Source of the DNA: Chiloscyllium plagiosum
Lineage: Eukaryota
Direction of reading: 5' to 3'
NCBI RefSeq assembly: GCF_004010195.1
Contig: NC_057757.1
Location: 1,533,614 to 1,553,613 of the forward strand
Length of the DNA: 20,000 nucleotides
The translations under genes and the position numbers were made by a program. The notes beneath the pieces were generated by a model, which saw only the letters and a program-made list of their open reading frames with translations, was not told where the DNA came from and ran no database searches. Shown here piece by piece: positions 8,682 through 20,000 of this stretch; positions within the stretch are counted from its first letter, which is position 1; the number at the start of each line of letters is the position of its first letter.

Positions 8682-9557
8682 CCTGTATCATATCTGCCTC
8701 CACCACCACCCATGAGAGTACGTTCCAGACTCCCACCACTCTCTGTAAAAAAACTTGGCCCTCACATTTTAGATTAGATTAGATTCCCTACAGTGTGGAA
8801 ACAGGCCCTTCAGCTCCACCAGTCCACACTGACCCTCCGAAGAGTTACCCATCCAGACTCATTTCCCTCTGACTAATTGATCTAACACTATGGGCAATTT
8901 AACGTGGCCAATTGACCTGATCTGCACATCTTTGGACTGTGGGAGGAAACCGGAACACCCAGAGGAAACCCACGCAGACACAGGGAGAATATGCAAACTC
9001 CACACAGTCACCCGAGGCTGGAATCAAACCTGGGACCCTGGTGTGTGAGGCAGCAGTGCTAACCACTGAGCCATTGTGCTGCCCCATCTCCTCTAAACTT
9101 TCCCTCTGTCACCTGAAATGCATGCTACTTAGCACAGTATTAGACATTTCAACTCTGGAAGAAATATTCTGAAAGTCAACCCTATCTATGCTTCTCTTAA
9201 TTTTGTCAGCTTCAATCAAGTTAGCCCTCATCATCTGCCTTTCCAGAGTTTTTCTAGCCCCTCCTGATAGCTCATACTCTCTAATCAAGGCAGCATCCTG
9301 CTAAATCACTTCTCCACCCACTGCAAAGCCTCCATATCCTTCCTGTGATATGGTAACCAGATTGAACGCAATACTCTTAAGTGTGAACGAACCAAAATCT
9401 TATAAAGCTGCAACATGAAATCCTGACTCAATTCAGTTGTGCTTGATTCCCCAACCAATAAAGGCAAGCAGTCCATACACCTTCTTTGCCATCCTTTCTA
9501 GTTGTGTGGCCACTTTCAGGCAGCTATGGACTTGAACCCCAATATCTCTCTGTACAT
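8682..9557 (-). mobile_element. Old CR1 LINE ORF2 3' fragment, split by a SINE
   Basis: Colinear similarity to the CR1 at about 17945-18440 (e.g. GCCTCCACCAC...TTCCA; CAATAAAGGCAAGCA...CCTTCTT). Confidence 0.8.
8770..9084 (-). mobile_element. Full-length tRNA-derived SINE (HE1/V-SINE-like)
   Basis: Minus strand: GGGCAGCACAATGGCTCAGTGGTTAGCAC (A box), GGTTTGATTCC (B box), V-domain-like GTGTGGAGTTTGCATATTCTCCC...GGTTTCCTCCCACAGTCCAAAGA, (AATCT)n tail. Confidence 0.92.
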
Positions 9558-9599
9558 TATATGTTGACATGAAAAGCTCACCTGAATGCATTTTGAGAA

Positions 9600-9893
9600 A
9601 TCTGTCCCTTTAAATCCTTAACACTATGACTATTCCAAATAAGTTGAGGCATTTGAAATCCCTAATAAAGTTGAGCTATTATACACCTCAGTGAATTATC
9701 AACATATTTACCTGTTGGGGACGTATAATTCACTCCTCTCCTCATTGGACCGAAGGGTCTATTTCTGTGCTGTATATCTCTATGACCCAACTGTCATAAC
9801 AGATATCTTAAGTAATAATATAACACCCGCTCCTCCTTTACTGTATCTTGCCAGAAGTTCCTACGATACAGAATGTAAGCTGGCAGCCAAGAA
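9600..9893 (-). mobile_element. Highly degraded CR1-like ORF2 endonuclease fragment
   Basis: Minus strand shows remnants resembling the D..KGGGV and GDFNxPxIxW regions of an APE-type endonuclease; weak, read by eye. Confidence 0.5.
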
Positions 9894-10529
9894 GGGAAAT
9901 GTAATGTTTCCTTCACGCTGCTAGAATTCAAGTCCAGGAGCAGGGCTGTGTTGCGACAGTTGTACAGAGCCTTGATGAAGTCGCATCAGGAGTATTGTAT
10001 GCAGTTTTGGTTTCCTTATCTGAGGAAAGTTGTTCTAGCTATCGAGGGAGAACAACAACGGACTGATTTCTGGGATGGCAGGACTCATGTATGAAGAGAG
10101 ACGAGATTGGTTCGCATTATAATTACACTGGTTCAGAAGAATAAGGGGGCATCTCAGAAACATATGAAGTTCTAACTGGGCAAGATGAGGTGAGCACAAG
10201 AATAATGTTCCTGATGACCAGAAATTCAAGAACCAGAGGTTACAATCTAAGGATATGGGATAGATCATTTAGGACAGAGATGAAGAGAAATCTCTCCATC
10301 CAAAGAGTGAAGAACCTGTGAAATTCTCTGCCACAAAAAACAGTTGAGGCCAAAATATTGAATATTTTAAAGGAGTTAGATATAGCTTTTAGTGCTGACG
10401 GGATCAAAAGTACAGGGAGAAGTGGAAACAGGATACTGAATTGGTTGATCAGTCATGATCATCTTGAATGGCAGAGCAGGCTTTGAGATCTGACTGGCCT
10501 ACTCTTGCTCCTAATTTCTATGTTTCTAT
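9894..10529 (+). mobile_element. CR1 LINE 3' fragment with 3' UTR and tail
   Basis: Remnants LYRALMKSHQEYCMQFWFPYLRK and FRTEMKRN...QRV; ends GGCCTACTCTTGCTCCTAATTTCTATGTTTCTAT (CR1-type octamer tail). Confidence 0.88.
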
Positions 10530-10724
10530 CCGATAGCTACTGGTATAAAGACAGCTATAGGTGGGCTTGTGACCATGTGGCATACTTTGCAGCTAAAACC
10601 ATGTGACTCAGCTTTTCAAGTTTAGGGGGGGTACCTTGATAAAAACATTTGGTGCCAGATGAAGGTATTGGACTTTGGACATACTGAGACCTAATTCTTA
10701 CCCATGCTGGCTACATTTTGTATA

Positions 10725-10893
10725 CAGTGAAACCTTGGTTATCCAAACACCAATTATCCGAATCTCTGATTATCCGAACAAGATCTCAATGCTTGGGTAA
10801 ACTGTGTTATCCAAACATTTGATTATATGAACATTCGATTATCCGAACAAAATACTCCCCGCCCGTGTCGTTCGGATAATTGAGGTTGCCCTG
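10725..10893. mobile_element. Tigger/pogo-like MITE (Tc1/mariner superfamily)
   Basis: TA on both sides (10723-10724, 10894-10895); imperfect TIRs CAGTGAAACCTTGGTTATCCAAAC / GTTCGGATAATTGAGGTTGCCCTG; internal TTATCCGAA-like repeats. Confidence 0.85.
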
Positions 10894-11146
10894 TACTCCT
10901 CTTCTGTAAATTACAACCACACTATGCTTGGTAGATGAGACCCAGTCCTGAGTTCTTAAATCCAGAGGAACACTAGCCTTGATTTGGTTTTGATTAAATT
11001 GTGGCACAGTGGGCCTTGGCCGGCAGGTCAGCTCCCCGATGACACAAGATTCCATCTGAGGAAGTGAGGATTCAAAAGAATACCAGCCCTTTCCTTTCCT
11101 GAGACCAGTTATGATAATATACAATGGTAAGGAGTATTTTGAAGCA

Positions 11147-12317
11147 GGCAAAAGTGAGGACTGCAGATGCTGGAAACCAGAGTTTAGATCAGAGTGGTGC
11201 TGGAAAAGCACAGCAGGTCAGGCGGCATCCGAGGAGCAGGAAAATCGATATTTCAGGCAAAAGCCCTTCATCAGGAATGGAAGCAGGGAGCCTCCAGGGT
11301 GGAGAGATAAAGGTGGGGGGAGAGGTAGCAAAGAGTGAATAGGGTGGGGATGGAGGTGATAGGTCAGAGAGGAGGGTGGAGCGGTTAGGTAGGAAGGGAG
11401 ATTGGCAGGTAGGACAGGTCATGAGGGCTGCTGAGCTGGAAGGTTGGAATTTGGGTAAGGTGGGGGGAGGGGAAATGGGGAAACTGGTGAAGTCCACATT
11501 GATGCCCTGGGGTTCCGAGGTGAACGATGAGGCGTTGTTCCTCCAGGTGTTGGGTGGTGAGGGAGTGGCAGTGAAGGAGGCCCAGGACCTGCATATCCTC
11601 GGTGGAGTGGGAGGGGGAGTTGAAATGTTGGGCCACGGTTGGTGGAGTTGATTGGTGCGGGTGTCCCGGAGATGTTCTCTGAAGCGCTCTGCGAGGAGGC
11701 GTCCAGTCTCCCCAATGTAGAGGAGACTGCATAGGGAGCAACGGATACAATAAATGACATTGGTGGATGTGCAGGTAAAACGTTGATGGATGTGGAAGGC
11801 TCCTTTGGGGCCTTGGATGGAGGTGAAGGAGGAGGTGTGGGCACAGGTTTTGCAATTCCTGCGGTGGTAGGGGACGGTGCCAGGACTGGAGGGTGGGTTG
11901 TTGGTGGGCGTGGACCTGACCAGGTAGTCACGGAGGGAATGGTCTTTGCGGAAAGTGGAAAAGGGATGGGGAGGGAAATATATCCCTGGTGGTGGGGTCT
12001 GTTTGGAGGTGGCGGAAATGTCAGCGGATGATGCGGTTAATGTGAAGGTTGGTAGGGTGGAAAGTGAGCACCAGGGGGGTTCTGTCCTTGCTATGGTTGG
12101 AGGGGTGGGGTTTGAGGGCAGAAGTGCGGGATGTGGATGAGATGCATTGGAGGGCATCTTTAACCATGTGGGAAAGGAAATTATGATCTCTAAAGAAGGG
12201 GGCCATCTGGTGCGTTCTGTGGTGGAACTGGTCCTCCTGGGAGCAGATACGGGGGAAGCGGAGGAATTGGGAATACGGGAGGTAGGTGGGAAGAGATGTA
12301 ATCCAGATAGCTGTGGC
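11147..12317 (-). mobile_element. 5'-truncated Penelope-like retroelement with GIY-YIG endonuclease remnant
   Basis: ORF 11189-12328(-) contains RRNCKTC...FTCTSTNVIYCIRCSLCSLLYIGETGRLLAERFREHL; next frame VAQHFNSPSHS...EEQRLIVHLGT; 10-bp TSD TTTTGAAGCA (11137-11146, 12318-12327). Confidence 0.93.
11245..11278 (-). ncRNA. Minimal hammerhead-ribozyme-like core in the Penelope terminal repeat (degenerate)
   Basis: Minus strand CUGAUGA-A-GGGC-UUUU-GCCU-GAAAU-AUC. Minimal type I hammerheads are known from Penelope pLTRs. Confidence 0.65.
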
Positions 12318-13464
12318 TTTTGAAGCAACCTAGTGAGCTACAAGCTGAATCAATATTACCTTATGCTCGTGATCTTCACTCCTGCGTATCCCTCTATATC
12401 GTTATAAATTATGTCCATCTTGAAAAGAGGAAACATGACAGAAGTTTGTGATTGTAAATGTACTTTTAATTTAATTAAAAGAACCGAGTTAACTAAGTTC
12501 AGCACAATCTCTCCATCGCCCCACCCCCTTCAATCTCTGCTCACATCTGCTATGTTGATGACATTGAAAGTTTGGAGACTGGCATTATGCCAAAGAACTG
12601 AAAGCAAAAAAATCTTAAGACCAATGTTCTGTAAAGGTGCTAGCCATGGCAATTGTGAATTAATTTCAAGTGCAAAATGGATTTGACCATTGGAGCGGAG
12701 TAAATTAGTTGTGGGATCACATTAGATTTGGCCTGATCTACATAACAGTTATCAAATAATTTTCTTTTCAAAAAATAACAGTGCATGAATCAAAAGCATG
12801 GATTGGATATTGCAACCATAGGTTTTCAGAAAGCTGGATAAGAGATTTTAACCAAGTTAGGATCAGTAATATTAAAGTAATCAGACCTGCATTAGTGGAG
12901 AAATGGCTAAAGAAAGATAAGTTGTTGGTTGTTGATTTGGAGTTTATAATCTATTTCCAGTAAGACATAAATGTGTATAATTGTAGTAAGTTAGTAGAAA
13001 ATCAGGAAAATGAATGAAAGCTGATTGCAAGAAGATTTAGAAAAGCTCATGGACAGGTGGATATTTACAAAAATGCCATTCAAGTGAGAGAAACATTGAA
13101 GTCATATATCTTGTTACAGGACATATTCAATAGAGATAAATACAAAATAGTAAGGACTGGGAGAACCTATACAGAAATGGCTGTAAAAACAGAAGTTCAA
13201 TGAGATTGTATATATTGGGGCAATTAATATGAAAGCAAAGTAGCAATGTTGAACTGCTGGAGTAAAATTTGCAATCCTGCGCACCAACCTGTTGTTTAAA
13301 GTCACTCTCAAAATTTTGGAACTCAGATGATGTGATGTCATTCAGTTCTGTTGTATACTTCTGATTTATTATTCTGACAGAAATATTGACAGAGATTTCA
13401 ACAGCATCTGTAAAACATCAAATAGAGTTTCATTAATCATTCCTCAGACAAAATCTTACCTCAA

Positions 13465-13600
13465 GAGAGGTGATAAGGGGAATTTTGTTTTCACACTGAG
13501 TTGTAATGATTTGGAATGCACTGGTGGATAGGAAGATGGAAATGGATTATATAGTTGCTTCAAGAATTGGATACATAGTTGAAGATGACATTTTTTTTGT
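13465..13600 (+). mobile_element. Degraded CR1 3' fragment
   Basis: TTTTCACACTGAGTTGTAATGATTTGGAATGCACTG...TTCAAGAATTGGATA resembles the FFTQRVVxxWNxL...FKxxLD region of the CR1 at 17862-18053. Confidence 0.55.
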
Positions 13601-13989
13601 AGATTTGCTGTAGGTAGGGATGTCAACCCTCTAGTTGCATGAAGGCTGAAATAATGGAAGAGAAAGATGATCTTAGCGAGTTGTGTGACAAATACAGTGC
13701 ACGTATAGACAATCACCTTGGGAAAGATTAGGACCTTACCATGAGTATCATTCAGCAGTAAGCAATAACATCTACTTGAAAATATGCTGCTTATAGTAAA
13801 AGTGACTGTGCATCCAACCCCCTGGAAGAGGAAAGAATTTGAAAAAGAACTGGGAGGTGGGAGAGGGCTGTGCGGCAGCCATATCACTGTGAAGCAGACT
13901 GGGAGAGCAGACAACAGTGGGATTCAGGACACAATGAAGGATAAAATTCTAAAAATAAATAAGATATTAAAAATATTTTTTCTAGTGTA

Positions 13990-14080
13990 CATGCCACTGC
14001 CATCCAGATGTGTTGAGTTTCTCCAGCACTTTGTATTTTTATTTCAGATCTGCAGCATCCATAATTCTTTGTTTTTTTTT
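13990..14080 (+). mobile_element. Degenerate Penelope-terminus-like fragment
   Basis: CTGCATCCAGATGTGTTGAGTTTCTCCAGCAC...AGATCTGCAGCATC resembles CTGCCTGACCTGCTGCGTTTTTCCAGCA...GATCTCCAGCATC at 18915-18972. Confidence 0.5.
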
Positions 14081-14084
14081 TCAA

Positions 14085-16153
14085 AGAAGCAAGCAGTCAG
14101 CCCAGAGTGCATCTCACTTAAGGACAGTTTTTCCATGTTGGAATATGGCGAGATTGGTAGATCCTTTGGGGAGTGCATTCAGAGCCCAAGGAGGGAGCAT
14201 ACAGAGAGGAAGAGCTTTGATAGTGGTAGGGCACAGGCAAGTAACTCTCGGTTCATGGATGTGATTCCAGAATGGTACTTTGCCTCCCAGGGTCAAGGAT
14301 GCCACTGAACAACAACAGGACGTTCTGAAGGGGGGCGGTGAATGGTCAGAGCTAAGGTTCACATTGGAACAAATAGCATAGTTCAACAGAGGGACGAGGT
14401 TCTGCAAAAAGCATTTAATAAATTAGATATCGGTTTGAAAGGCAGAACCTCAAAGGTTATAATCTCTGGATTATTCCAAGTGTCATATGGTACTGCATAA
14501 GTGGATAGAATGGATGAATTTGTGGCTGAACAGTTGGAACAGGAGGGAGGGTTAAAGATTCCTGGATTATTGAGTCTGTTTCTCGGCATGGTGGGACCTG
14601 TACCAGTCCGGTGGGTTGCACCTGAACTGCAAAGTTGCCAATATCCTCACTAGAGAGTTTGCTAGCGATGTTGGAGTGTGATACAATGGAGGTACAGTAG
14701 TGTGTGAGGCCTGACAGTTTGGCAGTAGAGTGTATGTAATCAAATTAAGACACAAGGGATCTTGGCAAGATTGGATGACATTTATTTTAATGCAACGAGT
14801 CTTGTGAGAAAGCCAGATGAGTTGACGATGTTGATTAACACATGGAGTTATGACATCATACCTCCACAGAGGCATGATTGAGGGAGGTACAAGGCTGGCA
14901 GCTCAATATTCTGGGTATAGAATGTTCAGGCGAGACCGGGAGGGGTGTGTAAGAGGAGAGGATTTTGCCATATTGATCAAGGAGTCAATTATTGCAGTAA
15001 GTAAGTATGATATCTTCTTAATTGTTTCTCAAAGGCTTCTCAATTGAGCCATATGAGTAGAACTTCAAAAGCAAAAAAGGGGTCACTCTCATTGCTGGAA
15101 TTATTAATGTTAATGTCCTTGTACTTTCCGCTTTAGCTTTCCACAGCAGCCTTGAATAAATCTTCTCTGGACCTGGGGACCTCTCCAGTTGTCAGCTCAC
15201 CAAAATCATTCATACTCCTCCCTCTCAATAGAAAGGTGTTCCAGTGTATCACCATCTTCTTACCTGATTTCTGTACCTACATCATTCTTCTCTATCATGT
15301 ATAAAGATGTAAAGTACTCTTTTGAAATCTCATCCAAGTCTATTGGCTACACATACAGATTGCCACTTAGGACTCTGCTCAGTCCTGTACTTTTCCTGAT
15401 TATCCACTTGCTCTTAATCTACTTAGAAATGCGTTTGGATTTTTTTTACTCAGTACTTCTCTAATTTCTTTAAGTTACCCCCTATACTTTCAATGTACAT
15501 CTGAGACATGGTTTTCTGAGCCCTAGGCATCCACCAAATCCTGTTTTTCCTTATCCAATCCTGTACATTTCATGATATGCACAGTTCTCTGTTTTGGCCC
15601 TACTCCAGAGAAGGGATGCTAGAGGACTGGAGGTCATCTTTTGTACTAATATTCAGGAAGAATTGTAAGGATAAACAAGGGAACTAAAGGCCAGGGTGCC
15701 TGACATGAGTGGTAGGGAAATTATTGGAAAATAGGCTGAGGGGCAATCTACACTTGGAGAAGCAAGGATTAATCATGGATAGTCAGCATGGCTTTGTCAG
15801 AGGAAAATCATATCTGACAGGTTTGATTGAGTTTGTTGTGGAGGTGACTAGATGTGTAGATGAGGGCAGTGTGGTGGATGTAGTCAACAAGGACTTTGGT
15901 ATAGCTACTGACAAGGTCTGACATGGGAGACTTGTCAAGAATGTAAGAGCCCCTGGAATCCAGGACATTTTGACAATTAGATCCAAAATGTGTTTAGTAG
16001 CAGGAGGTGGAGGGTAATAGTTGCAGGTTATTTTCTTGACTGCAAGCCTGTGTTCAATGGCATACCTCAGAGGTCAGTGCTGGGTCCTTTGCTTTTTATT
16101 GTCGACATGAATGATCCAGACATGAATGTATGTAAACTTGCTCGCTTAGCTGG
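14085..16153 (+). mobile_element. Degraded CR1 LINE: ORF1 (SGNH esterase-like), ORF2 endonuclease start, inverted linker segment, RT; runs into the gap. May extend 5' to about 13630
   Basis: DSRMVLCLPG...VHIGTN...RTSKVIISGL...GLHLN (ORF1 esterase); YFNATSL..DEL, GYRMFRRDR (EN); SQHGFVRGKS...GIPQRSVLGPLLFIVDMND (RT). Confidence 0.88.
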
Positions 16154-16653
16154 NNNNNNNNNNNNNNNNNNNNNNNNNNNNNNNNNNNNNNNNNNNNNNN
16201 NNNNNNNNNNNNNNNNNNNNNNNNNNNNNNNNNNNNNNNNNNNNNNNNNNNNNNNNNNNNNNNNNNNNNNNNNNNNNNNNNNNNNNNNNNNNNNNNNNNN
16301 NNNNNNNNNNNNNNNNNNNNNNNNNNNNNNNNNNNNNNNNNNNNNNNNNNNNNNNNNNNNNNNNNNNNNNNNNNNNNNNNNNNNNNNNNNNNNNNNNNNN
16401 NNNNNNNNNNNNNNNNNNNNNNNNNNNNNNNNNNNNNNNNNNNNNNNNNNNNNNNNNNNNNNNNNNNNNNNNNNNNNNNNNNNNNNNNNNNNNNNNNNNN
16501 NNNNNNNNNNNNNNNNNNNNNNNNNNNNNNNNNNNNNNNNNNNNNNNNNNNNNNNNNNNNNNNNNNNNNNNNNNNNNNNNNNNNNNNNNNNNNNNNNNNN
16601 NNNNNNNNNNNNNNNNNNNNNNNNNNNNNNNNNNNNNNNNNNNNNNNNNNNNN
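16154..16653. other. Assembly gap (500 N)
   Basis: Run of exactly 500 N. Confidence 1.
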
Positions 16654-17124
16654 GTACATTGTGGAACTAACAAACAACAAACTGGAACAACTGACCAGGT
16701 TCTCCCAGAGAGTGAGCAGGTGGACCTATTCCAAACTGAATCAACCTTTCCAGGCCGACTGCTTTATGCAGCATCCTTCATAACCATGCAATCTCCCATC
16801 ATCAGGTTTTGTTTTCATTATCAAGTGTCACAACATTATCAATTCTATCCAATTTCACCTGCATTACCCATTTTATCCTCCATCTCCACATTGTCTTCAA
16901 TTATTAAATTACATTTCCAATATCCATCCTATCCTACACTCAATGATCTTACCTATTCTGTTGAATTGTGTTATGGATGTTTGTTTCTATTATCCTTTTA
17001 GTCCACCATTATCTAATTTTGTCTCTATTTCCTTGTTTGAACTCCAAAATACAGAGTAGCCTCATTGCCAATTCTATCTAGTTTTGACCTAAATTATTGA
17101 GTTTGAACTTGATTATCCAGCTGT

Positions 17125-17215
17125 CATAGAAACATTGGAACATGAATAGGCTATTCAGCCCGTTAAGCCTGTTCTGTTATTTAATACGATCATGGATGAT
17201 TGGACACTTTAATGT
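17125..17215 (-). mobile_element. Short CR1-type 3' tail fragment
   Basis: CATAGAAACAT...TAGGCTATTCAGCCC...GATCATGGATGAT is similar to the reverse complement of the CR1 3' UTR at 10445-10529. Confidence 0.7.
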
Positions 17216-17339
17216 CTTCAATGTCCTTCAATAACCAGTTTGATTCAAATCTCCAAACTGCCCTGTATTCGCAAGCTCATCTCCCATTATTCATTTTGCT
17301 GCCCATTATCATTTACTGTCTCTACTACATACTCGATTA

Positions 17340-17635
17340 GGGCGGCATGGTGGCACAGTGGTTAGCACTGCTGCCTCACAGCGCCAGAGACCCCGGTTCA
17401 ATTCCTGCCTCAGGCAGCTGTCTGGGTGGCGTTTGCACATTGTCTGCGTGGGTTTGCTCCGGTTTCCTCCCACGGTCCAAAGATGTGCAGGTTAGGTGGA
17501 TTTGGCCATGCTAAACTGTCTGTAGTGTTAGGTGTAGAGGAATGGGTCTGGGTGGGTTGCTCTTCGGAGGGTAGGTGTGGACTTGTTGGGCCGAAGGGCC
17601 TGTTTCCACACTGTAAGTAATCTAATCTATAATCC
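17340..17635 (+). mobile_element. Full-length tRNA-derived SINE (HE1/V-SINE-like)
   Basis: GGGCGGCATGGTGGCACAGTGGTTAGCAC (A box), GGTTCAATTCC (B box), V-domain-like core, 3' end GGGCCGAAGGGCCTGTTTCCACACTGT plus TAATC repeats. Confidence 0.93.
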
Positions 17636-17795
17636 ACTTTTTCCTCCATTTTACAGCTTGACTTTAAGTATACAGTTTACTTCACTATCCATGGGGTTCT
17701 CCATTATCTACATTTCCTTCAATATGCAGTTTGCTGCCCATAATCCAGTTTTTCCTCATTCATGTATCTTGCCCATTATTATCCAGTTTTAGAGG

Positions 17796-20000
17796 CATAC
17801 AGTCATAGAGATGTGCAGCATGGACCAACTTGTCCATTCCAACCAGATATCCCAACCGAATCTAATCCCACCTGCAAGTACCTGGCCCATATCCCTCTGA
17901 ACCCTTCCTATTCATGTACTCATTAAGATGCCTTTTAAATGTTGCAACTGTACCAGCCTCCACCACTTCCTCTGGCAGCTCATTCCATACATGTACCACC
18001 CTCTGCGTGAAAAAGTTGCCCCTTAGGTCCCTTTTATATCTTTCCCCCCTCATCCTAAACCTCTAGTTCTGGACTCCCCAGCCCAGGGACAAGACTTTGT
18101 CTATTTATCCTGCCCATGCCCTTCATGATTTTATAAGCCTCTATAAGATCACCCCTCATCCACCGATGCTCCTGAGAAAACAGCCCCAGCCTGTTCAGCC
18201 TCTCCCTATAGCTCAAATCCTCCAACCCTGGTGACATCCTTGTAAATCTTTTCTGAACCCTTTCAGGTTTTACAATACATTTCCGATAGGAAGGAGACCA
18301 GATTTGCATGCAATATTCCAACCATGGCCTAACCAATGTCCTGTATAGCCGCAACATGACCTCCCAACTCTGATATTCAATACTCTGATCAATAAAGGAA
18401 AGCATACCAAACGCCTTCTTCACTATCCTATCTACCTGCCGCTTCTCAGCCCATTGGCCCATCTGGTCCAAATCCTGTTGTAATCTGAGGTAACCCTCTT
18501 CGCTGTCCACTACATCTCCAATTTTGGTGTCATCTGCAAACTTACTAAATATACCTCTTATGCTCGCATCCAAATCATTTATGTAAATGACAAAAAGTCG
18601 AAGACCCAGCACCGATCCTTGTGGCACTCCACTGGTCACAGGCCTCCAGTCTGAAAAACAACCCACCACCACCACCTTTGAGCCAGTTCTATATCAAATG
18701 GTGAGTTCTCCCTGTATTCCATGAGATCTAACCTTGCTAACCAGTCTCCCATGGGGAACCTTGTCAAACTCCTTACTGAACTGAAAATGTATTGCTGGAA
18801 AAGTGCAGCAGGTCAGGCAGCATCCGAGGAGCAGGAGAATTGACATTTCAGGCATGAGCCCTTCTTCAGGAAAGAGCTCATGCCCGAAACGTCGATTCTC
18901 CTACACCTTGGATGCTGCCTGACCTGCTGCGTTTTTCCAGCAACACATTTTCAGCTCTGATCTCCAGCATCTGCAGTCCTCACTTTCTTCTCGAAGAAAA
19001 CACCTTACTGAAGTCCATATAGATCACATATACCACTATGCCCTCATCAATCCTCTTTGTTACTTCTTCAAAAAATTTAATCAACTTTGTGAGACATGAT
19101 TTCCCACGCACAAAGCCATGTTAATCCCTAATCAGTCCTTGGCTTTCCAAATACATGTGCATCCTGTCCCTCAGGATTCCCTCCAACAACTTGCCCACCA
19201 CCGACATTAGGCTCACTGGTCTATAATCCCCTGGCTTGTCTTTACCACCCTTCTTAAACAGTGGTACACGTTTGCCAACCTCCAGTCTTCTGGTACCTCA
19301 TCTGTGACTATCGATGATACAAATATCTCAGTAAGAGGCCCAGCAATCACTTCTCTAGCTTCCCACAGAGTTCTTGGGTACACCTGATCAGGTCCTGGGG
19401 ATTTATCCACTCTTATGTGTTTCAAGACACCCAGCACTTCCTCCTCTGTAATATGGACATTTTTCAAGATGTCACCATCTATTTCCTTACATATCTTCCA
19501 TGTCCTTTTCCACAGTAAGCACTGATGCAAAATACTCGTTTAGCATCTCCCCCATCTCCTGCGGTTCCACACAAAGGCCGCCTTGCTGATCTTTGAGGGG
19601 CCCTATTCTCTGCCTAGTTACCCTTTTGACCTTAATGTATTTGTAAAAATCCTTTGTTTCTCCTTAACTCTATTTGCCAAAGCTATCTCATGTCCCCGTT
19701 TTGCCCTCCTGATTTCCCTCTTAAGTATACTCCTACTGCCTTTATACTCTTCTAAGGATTCACACCATCTATCCTGTCTATGCCTGACATATGCTTCCTT
19801 CTTTGTCTTAGCAAATTCTTAATTTCTTTCGTCATCCAGCATTCCCTCTACCTACCAGCCTTTCCTTTCACCATAACAGGAATATACTTTCTCTGGATTC
19901 TTGTTATCTCATTTCTGAAGGCTTCCCATTTTCCAGCCGTCCCTTTACCTGCGAACATCTGCCTCCAATCAGCTTTTGAAAGTTCTTGCCTAATACCATC
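17796..20000 (-). mobile_element. CR1 LINE ORF2 (RT and C-terminus) with internal deletions; continues beyond the window
   Basis: DKSPGPDQVYPRTLWE...VPEDWRLANV; TSGVPQGSVLG..LFVIYINDLD...KFADDTKIG; LYRTLVRPWLEYCMQIWSP; NFFTQRVVHVWNELPEEVV. Confidence 0.95.
18781..18997. mobile_element. Second fold-back Penelope-derived element, opposite orientation to 6227-6466, inserted in CR1
   Basis: 15-bp TSD with one mismatch (AAACTCCTTACTGAA 18766-18780; AAACACCTTACTGAA 18998-19012); internal inverted repeat; same family as 6227-6466. Confidence 0.9.

Noticed and set aside
11189..12328. 379-aa ORF as an intact host gene
   Set aside because: Only the middle part is in the true Penelope frame; the flanks are frameshifted and RT is absent.
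13456..14308. ORFs 13456-13914 and 13784-14308 as genes
   Set aside because: They span unrelated decayed repeat fragments and show no coherent protein motif.
15990..16680. Long ORFs of 175-226 aa
   Set aside because: Artefacts of translating through the 500-N gap.
17340..17415. tRNA gene (also 9010-9084)
   Set aside because: The A/B boxes belong to the tRNA-derived head of SINEs that continue into the core and tail.

Overview
Repeat-dense vertebrate genomic DNA, most likely a shark or other cartilaginous fish (inferred from HE1-like V-SINEs, CR1 LINEs and Penelope elements). No host gene is evident. Bases 1-8681 are a degraded, internally deleted endogenous retrovirus on the + strand. Its order is: 5' LTR (begins about 137 bp before the window, ends at 553), tRNA-His-like PBS, splice donor, an array of about 19 small GGG-loop hairpins, about 1.2 kb of unexplained sequence before gag, gag remnants (MA motif, one CCHC knuckle), pol lacking PR/RT but retaining RNase H and parts of integrase, a second divergent integrase C-terminal domain, a gamma/epsilon-type env, PPT and a truncated 3' LTR. 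The provirus carries nested SINE, Penelope-derived and Rex1-like insertions. The remainder is nested CR1 LINE fragments, SINEs, a Tigger-like MITE, a 5'-truncated Penelope (GIY-YIG) element and a 500-N gap. The most notable observations are the covarying hairpin array in the leader, the double integrase CTD suggesting an env swap, a possible accessory gene upstream of gag, a 258-bp perfectly identical block between otherwise diverged LTRs, and fold-back Penelope mini-elements carrying hammerhead-ribozyme-like cores. All calls come from manual reading; no searches were run.
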